Below, in pieces: positions 25,540-32,000 of a DNA stretch of 32,000 nt. Numbering within the stretch: the first letter of the stretch is position 1; every line of letters begins with the position of its first letter. A program made the translations under genes and the position numbers. The stretch is from Edaphobacter aggregans (GTDB taxonomy: Bacteria; Acidobacteriota; Terriglobia; Terriglobales; Acidobacteriaceae), in the NCBI RefSeq assembly GCF_003945235.1, contig NZ_RSDW01000001.1, forward strand, positions 2,250,001 through 2,282,000, read 5' to 3'. A model generated the notes under the pieces. That model was not told where the DNA came from. It saw only the letters and a program-made list of their open reading frames with translations, and ran no database searches.

Positions 25540-26675
25540 CGTGCACCCTCCGCGGAGACTGCGGCTTCGCGGCCGGAGTAGTTCTGGGTGACCCAATGCT
25601 GATAGGCTCCGCTGGTTACGTGCTCGACCCAGGTGGCGTTGGCTAGGTACCACTCGACGGTTTTGCGGAGGCCGGTCTCGAAGCTTTCCTCGGGGAACCA
25701 GTTGAGGTCGCCCTGGATCTTGCGGGCGTCGATGGCATAGCGGCGGTCGTGGCCGGGGCGGTCCTGCACGTAGGTGATGAGCTGGGCGTGAGGCTTGTGA
25801 GGGGATGCGGGGACGAGCTCGTCGAGGAGGGCGCAGAGGGTATGAACGACGTCGAGGTTGGCGCGCTGGTTGTTTCCGCCGATGTTGTAGGTTTCGCCGA
25901 TGCGGCCTTGATTGAGCACGGTGCGGAGGGCTCGGCAGTGGTCGAGGACGAAGAGCCAGTCGCGGACTTGCTGGCCGTCGCCGTAGACGGGGAGCGGCTT
26001 GCCCTTGAGGGCATTGGCGATCATGAGGGGGATCAGCTTCTCAGGGAATTGGTAGGGGCCGTAGTTGTTTGAGCAGTTGGTGATGATGGCGGGGAGGCCG
26101 TAGGTGTGGACCCAGGCGCGGACGAGGTGGTCGCTGGCGGCCTTGGATGCGGCGTAAGGGCTGTTGGGGGAGTAGGGGGTGTCTTCGTGGAAGGCCGGGT
26201 CGTTGGGGGCGAGAGTGCCGTAGACCTCGTCGGTGGAGACGTGGAGGAAGCGGAAGTGTTCGCGCTCTTCGCCTGTGAGTGAGGCGTAATACGTGCGAGC
26301 GGCCTGAAGGAGGGTGAAGGTGCCGTCGATGTTGGTGCGGAGGAAGGCTTCGGGGCCGTGGATGGAGCGGTCGACGTGGCTTTCGGCGGCGAAGTGGACG
26401 ATGGCGCGGGGGCGGTGCTTCTCGAGGAGGCGAGGGACCAGCTTTGCGTCGCAGATATCGCCCTGGACGAAGGTGTAGCCGGGGTTGTCTTCGACTGCGG
26501 CCAGGTTTTCGGGGTTTCCGGCGTAGGTCAGCTTGTCGAGGTTGACGATGGGACTATTGCCGGTGGCCAGCCAGTCGAGAACGAAGTTTGAGCCGATGAA
26601 TCCGGCGCCTCCGGTTACGAGGATGGGGGCCGTGCGGGTTTCTGCGTTTTCTTCTGACTTCTGATTGAAACTCAT
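25536..26675 (-). CDS. rfbB: dTDP-glucose 4,6-dehydratase
   Basis: 379-aa ORF with ATG 26673-26675. [38 protein letters not shown] and [17 protein letters not shown] are the RmlB hallmarks. Confidence 0.95.
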   Translation of the reverse strand: MSFNQKSEENAETRTAPILVTGGAGFIGSNFVLDWLATGNSPIVNLDKLTYAGNPENLAAVEDNPGYTFVQGDICDAKLVPRLLEKHRPRAIVHFAAESHVDRSIHGPEAFLRTNIDGTFTLLQAARTYYASLTGEEREHFRFLHVSTDEVYGTLAPNDPAFHEDTPYSPNSPYAASKAASDHLVRAWVHTYGLPAIITNCSNNYGPYQFPEKLIPLMIANALKGKPLPVYGDGQQVRDWLFVLDHCRALRTVLNQGRIGETYNIGGNNQRANLDVVHTLCALLDELVPASPHKPHAQLITYVQDRPGHDRRYAIDARKIQGDLNWFPEESFETGLRKTVEWYLANATWVEHVTSGAYQHWVTQNYSGREAAVSAEGAR

Positions 26676-26802
26676 GCTGTTATCGATGCCTCCGCGGACT
26701 GTGCCGCACGCCTCTACAGATTACCGGAGGCAGGGAGTTTACCCAAGGAGGCAACCGGAGGGGTAAAAAGACTCCTCCAATGTGGTCTGAAAGGGCCAAG
26801 CC

Positions 26803-27027
26803 ATGTCCGCAAAGAATGATGCGCCGCGATCTTCCGTTCAAACACACACGCCGGACGCAAAAGAGGTAGCGGAGCAGCCGTCGGGGCCGCTGGGGGACAA
26901 TCCAGGTACGGCAGGTCCGGGACAGACGGCGGTGCGCTCGAAGACGCCGGAAAATGCCGCCGGCCACATCAACCCTTCCGCTCCCGAGGACTCTAATACG
27001 ACGCCGGGAAGTACGGGCAAGAAGTAG
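26803..27027 (+). CDS. Possible small hydrophilic, low-complexity protein (74 aa)
   Basis: This is the only ORF in the 390-nt rfbB/neprosin gap, with ATG 26803. Its codon endings (ccg/acg/gcg-rich) resemble neighbouring real genes. The product is P/G/T/S/A/E-rich with no hydrophobic core. There is no clear SD and no family recognised. Confidence 0.3.
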   Translation: MSAKNDAPRSSVQTHTPDAKEVAEQPSGPLGDNPGTAGPGQTAVRSKTPENAAGHINPSAPEDSNTTPGSTGKK

Positions 27028-27066
27028 ATGCAGCCGACGGCAATGCGACCTAGTCAGCAGTGTGGC

Positions 27067-28338
27067 TTAGCAGTTGGAACCTCCGGGGCCACCGTAGAAG
27101 ATGGTCTCGTTCCACGGTGAGGCGAAGTTGTTGACTGTTACGGTGTAGCACTGCGGTGAAGTCGTGGAAGGTGTGAGACTGGCCCAGGCCGACCCTCCGC
27201 CTGTCTGGTAGTAGTAGATCTGCCGCTGGTAGCAGGCCTTCTGCCATCCTTCGGCGGCAAGGTGGCCGCTGCCCATGGGCGGCCAGCTGGTGGTCCCGAC
27301 GACCTCGCCGCCATAGTCGATTTCGGCGGCATGGGTAGCCATGACACCGTTACCGTACTGTGAGGCAGGATAATAGCCAATGGCATTGGCCGCTGCAGTT
27401 CCCTTGACATAGAGCCACCAGCGACCGCCGGTGAGGTAGTAGGCAATCTCGAGTTCCCACTGCTGTCCTCCGTAGGTGCTGATAGGGCCGATTGCGCCGC
27501 CGATTGGCCACGACTTGTTGGTCTGGACGAAGTTGCTGCAGGTGAGGTTGTAGCATCCGGTCTTGTTGTAATCGTCCGCTGTCCAGTAAATGAAGAAGCA
27601 GGGATTGGGGCCTCCGTAGAGTCCGGGATAAACCTGCAGGCCCACCTCCGCTGTCTGCAATGCGGCCCCGGAGCCACCAACGTACCAGTGCTGCGAGAGC
27701 GAAAAGATCTGGTTGGCACCGATGGCCGGCTTCCAGATGTTAATGAAGCTGTGTCCGCCGATGTTATTGACGTTCTGGAACGCATGAGCCCACTTGTGAG
27801 TGGCCGCGACGTTAGGGCTTGCTCCCTGGGGGGGCCTGACCTCTTTGTCCAGTGGGCTCTTTTGAAAAAACTGTTGGAGGCTTTCAAAGCGTGACATGCC
27901 TTCGAGGGTGAGGCGGCGCATGGGGATGGTGCCGTCGGGGCATTCCATTTTGTTGCCGAGCGTATCGACCTTGCCTGGACCGAGAGGTGACTCGATGTGG
28001 CTGGCCTGGCGCTCGTCTTTGGCACCTGCGGCGTGGGGTTCCGCCGGCTGGGGCAGGTCGGGGGCTTTGGGAACTGTAGTTTCCTTTCCACGCAGACCAG
28101 GCTGCTGTTCGACAGGGACGCAGTCGAAGATGGAGCCGTTCGCGTCGACAAAGGAGTGCTGTACTGTGACACCTTCGTAGTGCTTGAGGATGTGGGCGCG
28201 CATCTCAGTAATTGCCTGCGCGTTGGCTCGCTTGCCGGTGGTCGAAGCCGCAGCCACAGCGGCCGCAAAGGTTTCCGGCTTCGCTTGATTGACGGAATCA
28301 ATGAATTCTTTAAATGGGGTGATTTTTTCGTTTGCCAT
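27067..28338 (-). CDS. Neprosin (DUF239) family protein with N-terminal neprosin-activation-peptide-like region
   Basis: ORF 27067..28353. The preferred start is ATG 28336-28338 (MANEKI...), with GGAG 9 nt upstream. Recalled family hallmarks: SFVDANGSIFDCVPVEQQPGL (pro-domain), HKWAHA, FSLSQHWYVGG, TAEVGLQVYPGLYGG, CFFIYWTADDYNKTGCYNLTCSNFVQTN, GGRWWLYVKG, IGYYPASQY. No Sec-type signal peptide is visible. Confidence 0.8.
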   Translation of the reverse strand: MANEKITPFKEFIDSVNQAKPETFAAAVAAASTTGKRANAQAITEMRAHILKHYEGVTVQHSFVDANGSIFDCVPVEQQPGLRGKETTVPKAPDLPQPAEPHAAGAKDERQASHIESPLGPGKVDTLGNKMECPDGTIPMRRLTLEGMSRFESLQQFFQKSPLDKEVRPPQGASPNVAATHKWAHAFQNVNNIGGHSFINIWKPAIGANQIFSLSQHWYVGGSGAALQTAEVGLQVYPGLYGGPNPCFFIYWTADDYNKTGCYNLTCSNFVQTNKSWPIGGAIGPISTYGGQQWELEIAYYLTGGRWWLYVKGTAAANAIGYYPASQYGNGVMATHAAEIDYGGEVVGTTSWPPMGSGHLAAEGWQKACYQRQIYYYQTGGGSAWASLTPSTTSPQCYTVTVNNFASPWNETIFYGGPGGSNC

Positions 28339-28603
28339 AGGATCGATCTCCATTCAGTAGGCTTTTTTTGTTGCGTTGTTCTTCAGCTTCTCGGATAGGC
28401 GAAGGACAAAAGTGCCGCACTTTGATGGACTTGGCTCACGACAGACGACAGGTCGGCCTTGAGCGACAAGGGCTTCTGCGGCTTCAATTGACCAAAAGGG
28501 GAAGTGACGGGATCCCAGGAAGTGCTTGGCCCGCGTTCGCTGCGAACATACGCGCCCCCGTGCTAACCTGTCAAACCACATGGCCTTCCACGGAGGTGCC
28601 GCT

Positions 28604-28834
28604 ATGCCGAACAACGTTTACACCGAACACTATCGGGGCGAACCGGTCGAAATCACCACGCAGCAGAGCACCGACGGCAGATGGACTGCTACCGCCGCGC
28701 TGAGCGGGCAGGCTGTGCCATCGGCGGTGGAGAGCGGCACAACATTTGCCACGGAAGGCGAGGCTCGGCAGAGCGCTCTCTCCGCAGCAGCCGCGGCGAT
28801 GGATCGTGCTCGCAGCCATATTGGAAAGCCGTGA
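28604..28834 (+). CDS. Small hypothetical protein (76 aa)
   Basis: ORF 28526..28834 trimmed to ATG 28604-28606, which has GGAGG 7 nt upstream. Sequence MPNNVYTEHYRGEPVEITTQQSTDGRWTATAAL...TEGEARQSALSAAAAAMDRA. No family recognised. Confidence 0.45.
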   Translation: MPNNVYTEHYRGEPVEITTQQSTDGRWTATAALSGQAVPSAVESGTTFATEGEARQSALSAAAAAMDRARSHIGKP

Positions 28835-28984
28835 CCGCGGCTTTCTAAGCGCAGAATCCCCTTGCCATCGGCATCTGCGGAGAGCAAGATGGGGAGCATT
28901 GAAAACCGGGCGTCGTCTGAAACTAGCTGCTGGGTATTTCCCAGCGATCTGCAGTCGGTTGTTATTGCAGTAGTGGAGGAAGCT

Positions 28985-30064
28985 ATGGCCAGCCTGAATC
29001 CTGTCCCCCTCATTGATGAAGCGAAACTCAACGCCTTTATGGGCCGTGCCGTGCAGGATATGGGTGCGGCGATGCACGCGTCGCTGGTGGTTATCGGCGA
29101 CAAGCTTGGCCTTTATAAGGCTATGGCTGGAGCCGGTCCACTGACGCCGGCGCAGCTTGCCGCAAAAGCCCATACCGACGAACGCTACACACGCGAGTGG
29201 CTCAACGCCAATGCAGCCAGCGGCTATGTGGACTACGATGCCGCAACGAAGACCTACACGCTGCTTCCGGAGCAAGCCTTTGCGCTTGCTCAGGAGGACA
29301 GCCCCGCTTTTCTGCCGGGAGCATTCCAGATCATCGAAGCACTGACGCGCGATGAGCCGAAGATCACCGAGGCGTTCCGCACGGGGCGCGGCGTTGGCTG
29401 GCATGAGCATGATCCGGAGATGTTCCAGGGGACGGAGCGATTCTTCCGTCCTAACTATGCCGCCAACCTGATCTCGCAGTGGCTGCCTTCGCTGACTGGG
29501 GTCGTCGAGAAGCTCAAAGCTGGCGGGCGCGTCGCCGATGTTGGCTGCGGGCATGGTTCTTCGACGATCCTGATGGCGAAGGAATTTCCGAAATCGACGT
29601 TCTTCGGCTTCGACTACCACGCACCCTCGATCGAGTGGGCGAGACGCACTGCCAAGGAGGCCGGGGTCGGCGACCGCATTACGTTTGCCGTCGCGTCAGC
29701 GAAGGAATTCCCGGGCAACGACTACGATCTCGTCACGTTCTTCGACTGCCTGCATGACATGGGGGATCCGGTGGGTGCGTCCGATCATGTTCGAAGCACT
29801 CTGTCGTCAGAGGGAAGCTGGATGATTGTTGAGCCCTTCGCGAACGACAATGTCGAAGACAACCTGAACCCGGTTGGCCGTGTGTTCTATTCAGCGTCCA
29901 CGCTGGTGTGCACACCGGCTTCACGGTCGCAGGAGGTTGGGCTCGCGCTTGGCGCTCAGGCGGGTGAGGCGCGCATGAGGGACGTGGTTCTTAGTGGAGG
30001 CTTTACGCAGTTTCGACGCGCCAGCCAGACTCCGTTCAATCTTGTATTCGAGGCCCGACTTTGA
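28985..30064 (+). CDS. Class I SAM-dependent methyltransferase with N-terminal winged-helix-like domain (Rv2258c-like)
   Basis: ORF 28862..30064 trimmed to ATG 28985-28987, with GGAGGA 4 nt upstream. SAM motif I VADVGCGHGSSTILMA, post-I FGFDYH, and motifs YDLVTFFDCLHDMGDP and GSWMIVEP. Confidence 0.85.
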   Translation: MASLNPVPLIDEAKLNAFMGRAVQDMGAAMHASLVVIGDKLGLYKAMAGAGPLTPAQLAAKAHTDERYTREWLNANAASGYVDYDAATKTYTLLPEQAFALAQEDSPAFLPGAFQIIEALTRDEPKITEAFRTGRGVGWHEHDPEMFQGTERFFRPNYAANLISQWLPSLTGVVEKLKAGGRVADVGCGHGSSTILMAKEFPKSTFFGFDYHAPSIEWARRTAKEAGVGDRITFAVASAKEFPGNDYDLVTFFDCLHDMGDPVGASDHVRSTLSSEGSWMIVEPFANDNVEDNLNPVGRVFYSASTLVCTPASRSQEVGLALGAQAGEARMRDVVLSGGFTQFRRASQTPFNLVFEARL

Positions 30065-30534
30065 GACTCTCCTACATCGCGATGATTGTTTTGATTGCGG
30101 CGTGTGTTTCCGTACCTTTACACGCTGCTGAAAAGTTGAAGGGTTTCTACTCCGGCAGCGGCGGCATTACTGCGGAGGTACACCGCGTTCTGCTGGTTCA
30201 GTTTGCCGCCGACGGGACGGTGATTCTGCAGCAGACGTGGGACAACAAACCTACACAGACATGGCACGCTCATTGGGCGCAGGATGGCAAGGAGGTCAAG
30301 ATTACCTTCGACCCGGTCAAAGACGGGACAACGCCTACTCCGCTGGCCATGAAGATCGATCACGGCACTCTGACTGCTACGAGTTGGGATGCTACGGCAC
30401 TTGGACCGCTTGGCCCACCCAAACTCGCGCCCTTCAGCGGCAAGAACGTGCAGAAAAACACCGTCTCAACCTGCCAGAGTTTGAACTCCCGCGATCCAAG
30501 CGCAGACTGCGTTACGTGGAGCACACGACAGTAA
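30061..30534 (+). CDS. Secreted hypothetical protein
   Basis: 157-aa ORF. The TTG start at 30061 overlaps the TGA of the methyltransferase gene, and an alternative ATG lies at 30081. Signal-like N-terminus MRLSYIAMIVLIAACVSVPLHA/AEK. No family recognised. Confidence 0.6.
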   Translation: MRLSYIAMIVLIAACVSVPLHAAEKLKGFYSGSGGITAEVHRVLLVQFAADGTVILQQTWDNKPTQTWHAHWAQDGKEVKITFDPVKDGTTPTPLAMKIDHGTLTATSWDATALGPLGPPKLAPFSGKNVQKNTVSTCQSLNSRDPSADCVTWSTRQ

Positions 30535-30610
30535 GATCGGAAGGCTGGCTGAGAAGCGGCACTCATGCACCTCTCTCAGCAAGAGTCTTCTGAGTGCGCT
30601 ATTGCTCGAT

Positions 30611-32000
30611 TTATTGCTCGGGAGCGGCAACCTGGTGTGACGAGGGGCTACTTTGAACTCGCGCCCGAAGCAGGTTACAGGTCTCTATCTCTTTCTGTGC
30701 GTCTGCTGGCCGAAGAGCCGCAGTGTAAGCATCAGCCAGTTGCTGATGGAATTTCTCGCTGTTCGGCAACAGCTTCGTCGCCGCCTCAAGTTCGGGAATG
30801 GCTGCGGCCGTGTCCCCGCTTTCAAACTCCATCTTGCCGAGATCGTAATGCGAATCAGCATCACGTGGGCTTAGCTGAATAGCAGTGCGAAGTTCTTCGA
30901 GCGCCTGCTGCTTCTTTCCCTGCTGACTCAATGCTTCTCCCAAGGCGCGATGTACATCAGGAATTTCTGGATGCAACTTCTCCAGCGCAGCCAGCCGCTC
31001 TGCGCCAGGGGCGATTCGCCCAGTCTTGATCATCGACTCGGCGTAGACATACTCTGCCTGTGGAGCAAGGTCAGTTTTTCCGATCACGGGCTCCAGCGCT
31101 TCGATGCAACCGGGATAGTTTCCTATCATGAACTGGCTGATGGCCAGGACGCTGCGGGCACCGGCGTCATCCGTGTGCGACTTCAGGTAACGCGTTAGCG
31201 GCATGATGGCATCCGCAAATTGCAATCCCGCAAATGCCGCTCGCCCCAAGTTATAGTCGAGTCCTTCGAGCGACGGATTCCACAAGGCGGCACGCTTAAA
31301 GTAGGTGACTGCGTCCGAATAGTCGTTGTTGGTTGCCGCGATAGCGCCGAGATTGTTATAGCTGTCGGCCACGGGGAGTCTGAGCTGCTCTCTCATTGAT
31401 TCGACACTGCGCGGCGTCAGCGCATCCCCCGTTGGCGCACGGCGGGGAGACGCTGCCCTGGCTTCTGCCGCGGGTACTTGAGCATCCTGAGACCCCGTTG
31501 GGTTCAGCAGTCCTGCCAGCTTGGTTTTATCCTGCGTGAGCGTTTTGTTGGCCAGATCGCGTGAAATATCCATCTCGGCATGTGCTGCCTGCTGCTGCCC
31601 TTGCTGCATCAGAATTCGGCCCAGAAGGAAGTGCGCTTTCTGAACCTGATATCGATTCTGCGAAACATCCGTTGTAAGACGGATGGATTGACGAAGAGCC
31701 GTTTCTGCATCCGCGAAACGATTCATGTTGAAATACATCTGCCCAAGATAGAGATAGGCGTCAGGACTTCGTGGTTCAAGTGAGATCGCCTTTTTCAGAT
31801 ATGTTTCTGCTTCAGCGTAGTTATTGCGACCTACCTCAATCTTGCCGAGCGCCGCATACGCCATGGAATCGCGCGGAGAAATTGCCAGTTCTTTTTTCAA
31901 TTCTGCTTCCGCGGTATCCAAAGGATTTTCCACGTTACCAGCCGTCAACAAGGCTGCTGCGAGCAGATAGTGCACGCCTGGCAAATTTGGGTTTTCCTCG
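30611..32000 (-). CDS. Tetratricopeptide-repeat protein (5' end outside the window)
   Basis: The reading frame stays open from the stop at 30611-30613 to the window edge. It contains repeated 34-aa TPR-like units (AYLYLGQMYFNMNRFADAETALRQSIRL, AHYDLGKMEFESGDTAAAIPELEAATKL, and others). Confidence 0.85.
   Translation of the reverse strand, partial: EENPNLPGVHYLLAAALLTAGNVENPLDTAEAELKKELAISPRDSMAYAALGKIEVGRNNYAEAETYLKKAISLEPRSPDAYLYLGQMYFNMNRFADAETALRQSIRLTTDVSQNRYQVQKAHFLLGRILMQQGQQQAAHAEMDISRDLANKTLTQDKTKLAGLLNPTGSQDAQVPAAEARAASPRRAPTGDALTPRSVESMREQLRLPVADSYNNLGAIAATNNDYSDAVTYFKRAALWNPSLEGLDYNLGRAAFAGLQFADAIMPLTRYLKSHTDDAGARSVLAISQFMIGNYPGCIEALEPVIGKTDLAPQAEYVYAESMIKTGRIAPGAERLAALEKLHPEIPDVHRALGEALSQQGKKQQALEELRTAIQLSPRDADSHYDLGKMEFESGDTAAAIPELEAATKLLPNSEKFHQQLADAYTAALRPADAQKEIETCNLLRARVQSSPSSHQVAAPEQ

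Noticed and set aside
24632-25546. 304-aa alternative-frame ORF over rfbA. 22452..22925 over rfbD is similar.
   Set aside because: Extreme Arg/Pro content with no motifs. The rfbA and rfbD frames are unambiguous.
27138-28301. 387-aa alternative-frame ORF over the neprosin-like gene
   Set aside because: S/P/T/R-rich low-complexity sequence. The other frame carries the coherent DUF239 motifs.
28571-29620. 349-aa antisense ORF opposite the small ORF and the methyltransferase
   Set aside because: Arg-rich with no recognisable domain. The sense strand encodes clear SAM-methyltransferase motifs with good SD sequences.
30535-30610. Convergent gap between the secreted hypothetical and the TPR gene, searched for a bidirectional terminator
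   Set aside because: Only a weak, bulged CTCAG..AAGA-g-TCTT..CTGAG structure is present, with no flanking T/A runs.
1-32000. Search for rRNA, tRNA, CRISPR arrays, transposases, integrases, toxin-antitoxin pairs or defence-system genes
   Set aside because: No tRNA-like cloverleaf signatures (such as GTTCGAATC-type T-arms), no regularly spaced direct repeats, and no DDE/tyrosine-recombinase, nuclease-ATPase or toxin-antitoxin-like ORFs were recognised by eye. Absence is not proven without covariance-model and HMM scans.

Overview
The window is a gene-dense cell-surface polysaccharide super-locus of about 30 CDS, mostly on the minus strand, from a moderately GC-rich bacterium. The intergenic REP-like repeats and the giant OPX exporter are reminiscent of Acidobacteriota, but taxonomy cannot be verified from here.

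Layout, left to right:
(i) 134-10012(-): a translationally coupled nine-gene nucleotide-sugar operon. It starts with the CDP-glucose trunk: rfbF/ddhA, rfbG/ddhB and the rfbH/ddhC E1 dehydrase, which keeps its His-for-Lys and Fe-S Cys hallmarks. It continues with an unusual tailoring set: HpcH-type aldolase, classical SDR, 3-dehydroquinate-synthase-like cyclase, ALS/YerE-like ThDP enzyme, FkbM methyltransferase and a UXS-like extended SDR.
(ii) 10017-15541(-): Wzy-like polymerase, a kinase-less PCP and a ~920-aa OPX exporter.
(iii) 15761-19885(-): gatA, gatC, a DUF721/DciA-like gene, a GT4 glycosyltransferase and a priming sugar-phosphate transferase, all in one co-directional string.
(iv) 20224-26675: dispersed dTDP-L-rhamnose genes (rfbC on +; rfbD, rfbA, rfbB on -). 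They are interrupted by a small membrane protein, a GmhB-like phosphatase bracketed by REP-like repeats, and a secreted DJ-1/PfpI protein.
(v) 26.8-32 kb: a small hydrophilic ORF, a bacterial neprosin (DUF239)-like protein without a signal peptide, a tiny ORF, an Rv2258c-like SAM methyltransferase, a secreted hypothetical and a partial TPR protein.

No rRNA, tRNA, CRISPR array, transposase or integrase was recognised.

The best candidate for something undescribed is the aldolase / SDR / DHQS-like / ThDP block (2260-6629) welded into the CDP-3,6-dideoxyhexose operon. It predicts a branched, chain-extended or carbocycle-bearing sugar that known pathways do not explain.

All functional calls rest on motifs read by eye and recalled family signatures. 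No database search was run.
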